Below are positions 27,535 to 39,116 of a stretch of 64,000 nt of DNA, piece after piece. A program made the position numbers and the translations under genes. The notes below the pieces were generated by a model. The model saw nothing but the letters and a program-made list of their open reading frames with translations. It was not told the origin of the DNA and searched no databases. The DNA comes from Azolla caroliniana (Eukaryota; Plantae; Polypodiophyta). Each line of letters opens with the position of its first letter. Positions within the stretch are counted from its first letter, which is position 1. Where the stretch lies: positions 6,820,001-6,884,000 of the forward strand of contig JBHGNT010000003.1 of assembly GCA_043228905.1 (NCBI GenBank), in the 5' to 3' direction.

Positions 27535-30500
27535 TTACTGCATCTCAGACTCTACAAAGATGTTACATATATGAACATATGTGGCCGCATTGTTTTCATT
27601 CAGTCGCAATGCATGGTCAAAAGCTCGTCTTCCAAGGTCCATATTTCCCCACCTTTGGCATGCACTAAGTAGAGTTTGCCACATGAAAATATCAGGATCA
27701 AATTGCAACATATTCATCATGGCTACTGCTACATCTAATTGACCCACTCGACCAAGAAGGTCAATCATACAAGTATGATGCTCAACCGTAGGACCTATTT
27801 TGTGGTCTTTTGTCATAGTTTTGAAGCATATCTGACCCTTATCAATCAGCCCTGTATGACTGCATACTGTAAGCAAACTTGTGAACGTTGTGTCAGATGG
27901 TTTCAGACCATCTTCTAGCATGTTATTAAAAATAATAAAGGCATTACTACTCTCACCAAACTGAGCATAACCCGCAAGGAGGGTGGACCATGTAATCTCA
28001 TCCCGGACAGGGATGCCATTGAATACTTCCTGGGCCCTAGTGAGAAACCCACACTTTGCATACATATCCACCAATGCATTCCCAACAACATGATTTCCTT
28101 CAAACAAACCCCTCATAGAGATCTCGTCATGGAGTTCTGATCCCTTATATCTTGCTCCAATGTTGCTACAAGCTTTTAATATGCAAACAAATGTAACCGC
28201 ATCTGGTATTGACCCATCCAATCGCATATGTTCAAAACAAGTTAAGGCTTCCTCCTCCTTCCCATGTTGGACATATCCAGCAATTAGTACCGTCCATGAG
28301 ATTACATTTCGCATTGAAAGCATATCAAAGACCTCTTGTGCCTCATCCATTAGACCCCATTTTGCATACATATCTATCAAGGTGTTTGCCACAACGTCAT
28401 TGGTTTCCAATCCACTTTTTGCAATCTCGCCATGTATTTCTCTTCCCTTCTCAATTGCTCCGCTTAACATACAGGCCCTCAAGGTGCACACGTATGTAAC
28501 AGCATCAGGATTGATGCCTTCGAATTTCATGAGTTCGAAACATGCCAATGCCTTGTCAACATTCCCATGTTGAACATATGATGAAATCAATGAGGTCCAT
28601 GAGACTACATCATGACATGGAAGATGGTCAAAAACATCTTGTAATTTTGTGAGCAAACCACATTTGCTAAACATATCAACTAATGCACTTCCCATCTCAG
28701 TTCCAAATATCCCTTCTCGAGCAATTTTATTGTATATTTGTTGGCCCTTTCCTGCGTCTTGTATGATGCCACAAGCTTTCAAGCCACAAATATGGCTGCC
28801 AACATCCAAGCTCACACCTTGAAGTTGCATTTGTTCAAAGCAGTTTAATGCTTCCTCACCATCTCCAGCTTCAATATACCCTTCCATCAGACTATTCCAC
28901 GTGACAACATCTCGTATTGGAAGTTGGCTAAGCACTTCCTTTGCACAAAGTAAAGAACCACACTTTCTATACATGTCAACCAAAGCGTTCCCGACAATTA
29001 AGTCTCCTTCCAATGATTTCTTTGCAATCTCAGCATGGATTTCTCTGCCTTTATCTATCAACCATCTTCCATCACAAGCTTTCAGGCAACAAACAAAGGT
29101 AAATGCATCTGGAGAAAAACCCTCACATTGCATTTTCTCAAAGAAAATCAATGTTTCTTTAAAACAACCATGCTGCACATATCCAGCCATAAGCGTGTTC
29201 CATGAAATCCTATCTCGTTTAGGAAGGTTATTAAACACATATTGTGCTTCTACAAGTTCTCCACACTTTGAATACATATCAATTAATGCATTGCCAACAA
29301 CAGTGTTCTCATCAAACAAGCCTTTCATAGCAATCATGCCATGAATTTCTCGGCCTTTTGCTAAATTCTCTATGCTGCTGCAAGCTCTCAAGCAACAAAT
29401 ACAAGTGACAGAATTCGGTGATATGCCTTCATCTTGCATCTTCTCATAATAGTTGACTGCTTCTTCACCACACCCATGTTCAATATATCCTGTTATAAGG
29501 GCGGTCCATGCAAATACATTCTGCGCCAATATTGGGAGAGTATCAAACACTGCTTGTGCCCCTGTAAGAGAACCACATTTGACATACATATCAATTAAGG
29601 TGCTACCGATGTTGAAATCGATTTCCAAAAGTCCCCTTTTAGTCATATCACAATGTATAATTTGACCTTTATCTAAGTCTCTTAGGCTACTACAAACTTT
29701 TAATATGAGCATGAAAGTAACACCATTAGGCGATATACCACTCTCCTGCATTTGCTCAAAATAGTTAAGTGCTTCTTTACTGAAACTACAGTCAATACAT
29801 CCAGAAATGATTGCGGTCCATGATATCACATTCTGAACAGCAAGCTTGGTTAACACATCATGTGCTTCTTCAATAAATCCACAAGTTGCATACATATCAA
29901 TTAATGCATTTCCGACACGTATATCCTCCTCCAAATATCCTTTATTCATGATCTCATCATGTATTTTTCTTGCTTCGTTTATGATTTTCAGTATTTTACA
30001 AGCTTTTAAAGCACAAATATATGTTACCAAATTGGGACAAACATTTTCATGTTGCATTTGCTTGTAGCATTCTATTGCTTCATTTTCTTGACAATTTTTT
30101 GCATATCCTGATATCAATGCATTCCATGAAACCACAGTTCGAACCGGAAGATTATTAAAAACTTCTTTTGCCTTCTCTAGCATACAAAATTTTGCAAACA
30201 TGCTAACCAATGTATTGCCGACAATGTTATCTCTTTCCAACAATCCAACCTCACAAATATAATCATACAATGCATGGCCTTTCTGAACTTCGCCAAGATC
30301 CATGTAAGCTTTAATTAAGGAAACAAATGCAATTGTGCTAGTTCCTTGGACATCTTCTTGAATTTCCTTGCATATGATGAAGGCTTTATCTAGTTTTCCT
30401 TGCTTGATACAATCTTGGATGAGATAATTCAATGAGAAAACTCCCTTATTGCTTACCTCGTCATGACGGATATGAGCATGCGAAGGAGATTCTAAAGAAA

Positions 30501-30651
30501 GCGCTGGAAGACTGCCAGAAGTCCTGCTTCTACCATTGATGCCCAGGCATCTCTTGGCTTCTTTTCTTTGGGAGGGACTGAAAGGAAGAAGCATCCATGG
30601 TGAGATCGAGTGGTCGGTGCAGAGATGAGAGTGCTGTGCAGAGCATTCCAT
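27535..30651 (-). CDS. PLS-class pentatricopeptide repeat protein with an E domain and no DYW (organellar RNA-editing specificity factor type), 1038 aa, intronless
   Basis: Repeated P-L-S triplets (VVSWNALISGY / PNLVTYICALKAC / VGNALIDMYAKCG). It ends with HHTCMIDLLGRVG and an E1 motif WQTLLSACQRWGNMDLGRRAF, stopping early in E2. The N-terminus is transit-like. Confidence 0.93.
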   Translation of the reverse strand: MECSAQHSHLCTDHSISPWMLLPFSPSQRKEAKRCLGINGRSRTSGSLPALSLESPSHAHIRHDEVSNKGVFSLNYLIQDCIKQGKLDKAFIICKEIQEDVQGTSTIAFVSLIKAYMDLGEVQKGHALYDYICEVGLLERDNIVGNTLVSMFAKFCMLEKAKEVFNNLPVRTVVSWNALISGYAKNCQENEAIECYKQMQHENVCPNLVTYICALKACKILKIINEARKIHDEIMNKGYLEEDIRVGNALIDMYATCGFIEEAHDVLTKLAVQNVISWTAIISGCIDCSFSKEALNYFEQMQESGISPNGVTFMLILKVCSSLRDLDKGQIIHCDMTKRGLLEIDFNIGSTLIDMYVKCGSLTGAQAVFDTLPILAQNVFAWTALITGYIEHGCGEEAVNYYEKMQDEGISPNSVTCICCLRACSSIENLAKGREIHGMIAMKGLFDENTVVGNALIDMYSKCGELVEAQYVFNNLPKRDRISWNTLMAGYVQHGCFKETLIFFEKMQCEGFSPDAFTFVCCLKACDGRWLIDKGREIHAEIAKKSLEGDLIVGNALVDMYRKCGSLLCAKEVLSQLPIRDVVTWNSLMEGYIEAGDGEEALNCFEQMQLQGVSLDVGSHICGLKACGIIQDAGKGQQIYNKIAREGIFGTEMGSALVDMFSKCGLLTKLQDVFDHLPCHDVVSWTSLISSYVQHGNVDKALACFELMKFEGINPDAVTYVCTLRACMLSGAIEKGREIHGEIAKSGLETNDVVANTLIDMYAKWGLMDEAQEVFDMLSMRNVISWTVLIAGYVQHGKEEEALTCFEHMRLDGSIPDAVTFVCILKACSNIGARYKGSELHDEISMRGLFEGNHVVGNALVDMYAKCGFLTRAQEVFNGIPVRDEITWSTLLAGYAQFGESSNAFIIFNNMLEDGLKPSDTTFTSLLTVCSHTGLIDKGQICFKTMTKDHKIGPTVEHHTCMIDLLGRVGQLDVAVAMMNMLQFDPDIFMWQTLLSACQRWGNMDLGRRAFDHALRLNENNAATYVHICNIFVESEMQ

Positions 30652-30694
30652 GACTCATGTCTCTGATTGTGCGAGAAATCGGGAGGTTCTTGGG

Positions 30695-30757
30695 GATAGA
30701 ATTAGAATTAGAACTAGAACTAGAACTAGAATTAGAATTAGAATTAGAATTAGAATT
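30695..30757. repeat. (TAGAAT/TAGAAC)n hexamer microsatellite just upstream of the PPR start
   Basis: Direct reading. Confidence 0.9.
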
Positions 30758-31042
30758 TTTATCGTCCATAAAGAGGCCAATTTTGATAGGACTCACACGA
30801 GACGTAAATTAAGTACATCATATATTCATTGAAATGGGTTTCTATGTGTATGTGAACCATGGACCCCCCAAGTGTCAATGTAACCATTTCATTCATGGGG
30901 TAAACCTCTTTTTTGGTGGACATGTCGGACATATTCATTATAAGTTTTTTGCTAAGTTCATGCGGATAAAGTGGATGATGATATATGATCTTATGTTAAG
31001 GCAAGGTTGAAGGCGATCGTCGTGATGGTGTGTTGCCAGTAG

Positions 31043-31330
31043 CCATGGTTTTTACGGTTTAACATGTGCAAGCTTAAGAGGAGTATTCTTCATGGTTTAA
31101 CGGTTTAACATGTGCAAGCTTAAGAGGAGTATTCTTCATGGTTTAAACGGTTTAGCATCTACAAGTTTAAGAGGAGTATTCTTCATGGTTTAAACGGTTT
31201 AGCATCTGCAAGTTTAAGAGGAGTATTCTTCATGGTTTAAACGGTTTAGCATTTGCAAGTTTAAGAGGAGTATTCTTCATGGTTTAAACGGTTTAGCATC
31301 TGCAAGTTTAAGAGGAGTATTCTTCATGGT
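31043..31330. repeat. Minisatellite, 47 bp x6
   Basis: CATGGTTTAAACGGTTTAGCATCTGCAAGTTTAAGAGGAGTATTCTT repeated. Confidence 0.93.
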
Positions 31331-31517
31331 GTGTCTTGTTGGTGATGGATGGGGTGAGAAGAAAAAGTCCTCAACAAGAAATATCGATTGGAAAACATTT
31401 GTTGATACTCCACATGATGAAGAGAAAATCAAAGGGATATGTATAGTTGACAAAGAGCTCGCCTCTGATTAGTTAGATTGATGTGGTTTTATCTAATGGA
31501 GATTCGACTACCCATTC

Positions 31518-31970
31518 TGTTAGAGTTATGATCTAAAGTAAGCATATGATAAGGATAAAAGCTAGATAGAAAGAAAGGAGAGAGAGAAAGAAGGGTGTCG
31601 ATCCACCCGACCATCCCCGAGCGAAGGGATCGAGACGGACTCGAGCCTCAATCGGCGTCCCATACCACCGTCGTGGCGTCAAGTCGTACCTAGTGCTGGC
31701 GCACTCTCTACAAGAGTTGACCCACCACAATGTCAGAGTCTTGACGTAGTCAAAAGATGATGAAATGAGGGTAGTTAGGCCTCATATGTATAGCGATACC
31801 CCAGGCCCCCAGGCAAGTTCACAATTGGCCTAATGGGTTGTCTCAATCCTAAGGATTAAAAGTAATCCTCCCCTTCTTTACACTCTCGTTTAACCCTCAC
31901 ACTTATCCACGTGTATAGAATACTACGGTAAATTCTCACCATGGGATATTATATGGTTATGCCCGTAACA
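31518..31970. mobile_element. Solo LTR (453 bp)
   Basis: TGTTA...TAACA termini with a perfect 5-bp TSD CATTC (31513-31517, 31971-31975). It interrupts a local ~105-bp repeat unit that is intact at ~32025-32130. Confidence 0.88.
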
Positions 31971-32013
31971 CATTCACTCATGGGATGCAAGAAATCTGGG
32001 GAGGATCAATCAT

Positions 32014-32235
32014 TTCACTCATGCTCACCTCTGATTAGTTAGATTGACGTGGTTATATCTTATGGAGATTCGGCTACCCAGTCACTCATGGGATGCAAGA
32101 AGTATGGGGAGGATCAATCATTTCACTCATGCCCCTGATCTAGAATTTGTATATTCCTCCTGAGTGAATGGGTAGCCGAATCTCCATTAGATATAACCAC
32201 GTCAATCTAACTAATCAGAGGTGAGCATGAGTGAA
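32014..32235. repeat. Inverted repeat: 75-bp arms (32014-32088 / 32161-32235) with a 72-nt loop
   Basis: TTCACTCATGCTCACCTCTGATTAG...CACTCA is reverse-complemented downstream with 2 mismatches seen by eye. Confidence 0.9.
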
Positions 32236-32599
32236 GTCTAGGGAGGATCAATCATTTCACTCATGTCCCTAATTTAGAATTTGTAAATTCCTGAGTATCA
32301 AGTGACTCAAGAAATGTGCAGTTCACCAAGGTGCCTAATTCATGAAAAGTTGGTCTCATTAAGCTTCTATGAGAATGGTTTCTTTTGTGTTCATTTGGAA
32401 GCGGAGACCATATATGGGTGTATTGTATACGATTTTCTTAATAGAGATTTGACTTCACAAGTTCATGATACAACCTTCTATTGCCCACCCCTATGTAGTG
32501 TATTGCAAGTAGAGATATCCTTCTTGCTATGAATGTAAAATTGGTTAGGGTTATCCTAATGAAACTAGGCAATAAATTGTAGAGATATGACTACATTTG

Positions 32600-33284
32600 G
32601 AGAAGGACCAACTTATCTCGACCTCTTATGGATTTTATATGCAAGGCATCCCCAATCATGTAAACGAAATGTTAAGGAATGTAGTAGGATGAAGTCTTGC
32701 TATGAAGTAAGACATTGGGACCTAAAACCTATACGAAAGTTCGTAAGCCAACTCATCACGTGGTGTATGACATATTGGTCTAGGCATACTAGTATATATA
32801 GATAGATATTGTTTAGCATCCATACGGTGAACCATAGGGCATGAGTAGACAAGTGTTCTTGACGTATGTTTCCTTGCTAAGAAAGGATATTCATGGTCTT
32901 CCACTTAAGCAATGTGCAAGATGTGGTGGACGATTGGAAATGGTCCCACACTTATTATGGACTTGCTCATTCCCTACAACATTTGTACAAAGACTAAGTG
33001 CATGTCTTTATCACATATTTCCTGGCCAGAGGTTTGGGAAACACTTTTGGTTATTTGGACAAATTCCGAGCGCCCTATTCAACAATCCCTATTTTCTCCA
33101 ATTGACACGATTTTGGGCACTCTGGACCATTTGGACAACCCACAATAATAAGGTCTTTGATCTATTAAACCAACTGCATGAAATTAGCGTCTTTAAGCAA
33201 TCCCTCGGGCAATCTCTACTTGATTGTCTACAACTTAGAGACATCATACTGCAAATTTACAATCTTTACTTCGAGTGCTTTTAA
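32600..33284 (+). mobile_element. Decayed LINE ORF2 3' fragment (zf-RVT)
   Basis: KQCARCGGRLEMVPHLLWTCSF...ALWTIWTTHNNKVF matches the zf-RVT motif plus the W.IW..RN..VF tail of plant L1 elements. Confidence 0.65.
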
Positions 33285-34719
33285 GCTCTTTAGTGTCTAA
33301 TCAACACTTGTATATTTATTTATATTCTTTGTGGGTTTTCACCTCACTTTGAGGTTTCCCACTAGTAATAAAAGTGTTACTAAAAAAGAATAAGAAGGGA
33401 TATTCATACTTCGGAGCAAAAACTCTTATGTGGTTGGTGTATTCGCAATAAGAATACACATATGAGCTCAACCTTCTAAGTGGTGCCTTAACTCTGACAC
33501 TCAACTTATCACCCCTCTCAATATGTCATCATAGATTTCACAAATTGCACTATTTCCTAAGAATGTAAAAAGCAAGTGATGTCCATCCTCTACTAGACCA
33601 TCACATACCTTACATGCCTTTATATTTGGTGCATTCGATCCTATAATGCATCTTCAATACCTAGCTTGTGTGGCACAATGTGGAGAGGTGTCTAAAAGTT
33701 TATACTCATGTTGGTAATGAGAGAAGGTTGGAGCAAGACATTAAGGTCTCAAGTCAATCTGAAATCCCATAGACAAAGTCATCAAGAGGCCTCTTCAAGA
33801 GTTAATACTCATGTTCATAATGAGATAAGGTTAAATACAATCATGAGACATTCTTTCCTTATATTGAAACCAAGATTTAGGGTTGATGAATGCAATGTAA
33901 TATTATCATTCTGTCCTTTTACAATCTTCCCATTGATTCCATTAATCTTGTAGCTACAGATTCATAACATCACTTGGAGGCTCTAAGAGATCCTCCACAA
34001 CCCACCGTTTGAATCATTGTTTTATGCTCTTGTATGTAAACATAGGGTATTGATGAGGTTGGATGGTCCCCACTACCATCATTGTTGTTTTCTCCACATT
34101 CACAATTAGTCTACTAATTTGACAAAATGTTATTGATGCTCCAAGTAAACATAGCATCCAATTAACATAGTATATATAGAGAACCACATCACCCACACAC
34201 AAAACCAAAAGGTAACTTGTTGCATAAGTTTTGCATCATCTAGTTTTTGGAAGTGTGTTGTGGGTAAAGTTCAATATCAAAGTTCTAGATCATGGGATAG
34301 GGTTCTACCAAATATAGCAAACAAGTTTCACCCATACATTAGAGAACCACCTTATGAGAGAGGCTAAATTTGTACATGTTCATTGAACCAATTGTTGCTA
34401 ATGTTTTGTGTTAAACCCATGAACCAAATGGTTAGCAAAAAAACTAAATTTGCACATGTCCATGTATGAATGATTATGTACCAAATTCTTTGCATACGCT
34501 CCATACATGACCTAGTTAGAGGTACTTATGTAAAGATATGATTATTATATCTCCATATGAAGAAGTCACCACCGATTTCTCTCTTGTGTTGAAAATAAAA
34601 ATACAATATCTAAGCATTTGTTGTGAGGTTAATGCCATTGAGCAAAGAGGGCAAGTGAGAGTGGATCTCGTTAATGTTGAACATATTCAAAATGTCCTTG
34701 CAAATTGACATTATTCTTA

Positions 34720-36376
34720 TCATACTAGACTTTTCTTGCAAGATTTTCGTCCATTACTCGACTTAGTACCAATCTCTGAAGTGTACATTGGTGTTATAGA
34801 ATAAAAATCATGAATATTTGTACCTTTCTCACATGGATTCCACATGCTACCTTCGTCCCAAAATGGTCTCCATGATAAGTCACGTTGTGGCAAAAACCAT
34901 GGTCTTATCGAGGGTTGAGGTGGGGGGACCCTGTTATTAATCAAATTGTTGCCACTATGATCCGCGTGTTGGAGAGGATTAAACATTTGGAATGGGAATT
35001 GAGTGAAGCCTTCATGGAGTAGAAATTCTGGTGGTTGACTTTCTCTTAAAGGTACAAACATGTTGTTGCCCATCATTCCTAAAGATGATGCCATGCTAGA
35101 AGGCCCAAGCATCATAGGATGCGGAAATCCATTAGGTATATTATCACTTTCATTGGTTTTAATTTTCATAGTTTGTTTTAGTGGAGACATCAGTTGTCCT
35201 CCAAAACGCTTTTGCATTGAGTTAGAACCCGCATTCTTCTTGTATCTACTCACTTTTCCACTTTCGATGAAACCAAAAACCTCCTTTCGTGATCGGAAGC
35301 GGCGATTCGAATTTGGATCAATGTAGTACTGTGAAACCATTAATCGCACACCATTAGAATTGTTGCTCGCGAAAGTTGAATTTGTATATATCTAAGAGTA
35401 CAAAGAACCACACTAGCGCAACTAGTTACATTATCCCTATAGCGCAATGTTAAATTGTTGCCTTTACAACTAGTATAGTAAGGAAACTGGCATAAGTAGT
35501 TACCTTATCCTTAGACCCTGCACTATTACCACTACCCCTAGTTTTAAGCTCTGTGACCCAACCATGTGGAAGCCAATCTGGAGAGTTGATTACTTCGACT
35601 TTTCGGGGTTGGAACCGCGGTATCTTGTCACAAGAGACAAGTGCATCCCGACTAGGATTAGTGGGCAAGGTATCAGGCACCCACGAAACTTGCATAGGTG
35701 TTGAAAAAATCTTTGTGGTTCCATACTCGATTATGGAATGAACCTTTGTGATACTCAACTCGGATGTGGAAAGAATCTTCGTGACTTTTGGCTCAAGTGT
35801 GGACCGGGTTTTCATGATTCGTGGCTCTGATGCGGAGTGAATCTTCGTAACTCCTGACTCCGCCCCGGCGGGGAGAATCTTTGTGGTTTCCGACTCTCTT
35901 TTACTAGTGGTAACAAGAGGAGGAGGTGCATCGTCTTCTCGTATAACATTAAAAGCGGCTTTATGTAAACTTATGGTAGGAATGTCCGAAGATTCATTAC
36001 AACTCACAATGTTGTTGGGCAATGATTGGGTACATACAACCTCATTGGGCAAGTTCTCATTACACACCATGGGGTTGGTCAAAGATTCATTACATGCTGA
36101 GATGGGAGGCCCAAATTGGTGGTCTTTTTTTGCCTCTCCTTCTTGTTGGGCACTTAGACCACAATGCCTAGCAGTCCATCTCTGAACAATACCCTGAATC
36201 TCTTCTATGAGACCTCCCAAGCTATCCTTACCATTATTGTCTGAAGGAGAAGAGGATTGGCCTATGGAGAGACATGTCCAATCATTTGAAGAGGAATTAT
36301 GCCTAACCCTAATCCATTCTATGGATTTTCTTGTTTCTTCAAGGAATCTTCCTAGATCTTGCATTGGGTTGTCCAT
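34720..36376 (-). CDS. Methyl-CpG-binding domain (MBD5/6/7-like) protein; exons 36376-35504 and 35328-34720; ~493 aa
   Basis: The MBD SPDWLPHGWVTELKTRGSGNSAGSKDK|YYIDPNSNRRFRSRKEVFGFIESG is split by a phase-0 GT-AG intron at 35503-35329. Confidence 0.85.
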
Positions 36377-38821
36377 ATCAGGGGAGAGAGAGAGATCACT
36401 TAAGGTTATGAGAGCAGAAGGGTTTAACTCAATTAAGGTTATCCGAGCAAGTATTCAGCTCATTTAAGATTGAGATTAATTAAGAGAATAAAGATGAGTT
36501 TCTAATAGTGTGGTTAAAAGTAATGATCATTAGGGGGTCTGTAAGAAATCCTCTGTTACTTGAGAGAGTAACGGTGGAGTGTAAAAGGGTTCTCTTTCTC
36601 TATAGAGAACACTCTCCATTTCCCAATATAATCAATGGATCCATACACATACTAATACACACATTATACATACATAATACATACATACATACATACATAC
36701 ATACATACATACATTACATTACATACATACATACATATACACACACATTTTTCTTTTGCTTCCCTCAATCCATTTCCCCATCTTAGTTGGATACATCATA
36801 CATACACACATTCTCCTATGCTTCCCCATCTTTGTTTGGATATATATCATATATTTCCATATCTTTTCTGACTACATTGCACATACACATATACATACAT
36901 GATACACCCATGCATGAATGTAACTAGTTCATAGGTCACGCCACTACAACTAGTTTACAAAGGCTGAAAACATACCCATCTCCAAGGCCTTTTCTCTATG
37001 CAATACAATACCCCATGCATACATACAACTATAGTTGGTTCATAGTTGAAGCAACTACAACTAGTTTATAAAGGTTGAAACAACTCCCGCACTTGAAACG
37101 CCTTTTCTCCCTTCAATACAATGTCCCATGCATACAGTTCAAACAATGGATATCCCATCATGTTTGCCTTACTAGATCGTCATATCCTACAAATGTGCAT
37201 ACAATCTAGACAATGGATACCCCATCATGTTTGTCATACAACGTATTCATGCCATATCATACTTCGTAGTCATGTCATTCATGTCATAGATGCAAATGTG
37301 TACAGATATGTGGTTGAGACAATAGACCCCTCCACTAGTTCCACATGTGATTATGCCTAGCTCGTATAACCTTGGTAAGTGTGGAAATGGATGCCCCAAT
37401 GAATTAGAAATAAGGTTACTCATCGTATAAAATGTCAATCAGAGTCAATATGTGAATAGCTTTACACTACAAAGATAACACAAGTTCTAGATGCAAAATG
37501 ACAACAATAGGCATACAATAAGATTGTCAACCCCTACCTATTAATACATCCTAGATCTTTGTTCAACCCTTAATCATCACATTGTTATCAAGTCAACATT
37601 TTTCTACAAGCCAATACGTGTTTCGTGTCATGTGCTAAAGAAATTGTACATCTATTTTTCCAAATACACTTGTATTTATTGTTTTCATGTCATGCCCTCA
37701 CTTATGTTGTCTTTCCCAAGATTTCCATGTCACTTTCTGTGTTCCTTTAAAGTAGAGACATGCATAAGCAGAAGCAAGCACACTCGCTTCACTCACTCAA
37801 GTCTCACACCCATACAAGGGCACAAGCAATATATATATATATTGTACTTAATTTTTTGAGTTTCACATACTATGACTAAAAACTAATCTTTCCATTGCTC
37901 TTTGTGTGTTTATGCACTTAGCATGCCAACCATTGTACTATACATATAGACACGAGTGCATTTATTCATTGTTTAGCCTCCCATTAAAGAAAATTGTTTA
38001 GTCGCTCTTTTAGTTGAACACACAAGCATATGAATGTGCATAGATATTAGCTAGAGACCCATTTATTTATGTCTTATTAGCTCTCACCTATGTGTTCATT
38101 GTATAGATTTCACATGCTTCGACTAAGTTTGGTCATGCAACAAATTTTACAATCATGTTGTTAATACATAGTTACCGTCTATAGATGCACAAGTGTTGGT
38201 TATTCTTTGAAGGGTCTTTCATGGAAAGTGCATGTACATATGATAAACAAACCACTTATTTTATAATATTTTGTTCTATTGAATCACATAGTATGCAAAC
38301 AAAATAAATGCCCACTCTACCATGCACATAAACTGTGTTGTAGAGATATCATACCATTGTGTTTGAAATACTGAACCATGAGTATGGTTATGTGTCTATC
38401 AACCTCACTTCTAAGGTGTTGCAAAGTACAATTATCATTTTGAGATAGTATATGCATATTCATTGGGATCCTCATCAACAAGGTCATGTTTGTTAATAAA
38501 ATCGAAGCACCCTTCCAAGTTACTGTAGCTAGTTTTGCTCATTCAACATACTCCATCAATGTATTTGGGTCATTTTTTATACAATTGCATCACTAAGATA
38601 AATGAAACCATGCACATCAACCTAAGTTCCATGTTGATATAAATCAAAGTTCCAAGTAGTAAATACCCAAAGATATATATGATTTCGAGTAACAAGAGTA
38701 GACATGACATGTGTCAGCACATACATACATACATACATACATACATAATGTGAGAACTTGGGGTGGTAACCATATTGAAATCAGCGTCGTATGCACCACA
38801 CTATGCACACCATCCAAGGTA

Positions 38822-39116
38822 CATTTCAATGGTTACACTCAACCCTATCGTTTACCCAATGTAGAAAATCATCGCCAATCTTTCTCTAAGAAACCAATTA
38901 TTGGAATTATAAAACATAAAACAAATATGTTTATGTTTGAGTGTTATCTTGATGCCAAATTCTTGTATCATTTCAATGGTTACACTCAACCCTATCGTTT
39001 ACCCAATGTAGAAAATCATCGCCAATCTTTCTCTAAGAAACCAATTATTGGAATTATAAAACATAAAACAAATATGTTTATGTTTGAGTGTTATCTTGAT
39101 GCCAAATTCTTGTATC
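38822..39116. repeat. Exact tandem duplication, 147 bp x2
   Basis: CATTTCAATGGTTACACTCAACC...CAAATTCTTGTAT occurs twice, which explains the repeated peptide in ORF 38711-39124. Confidence 0.95.
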
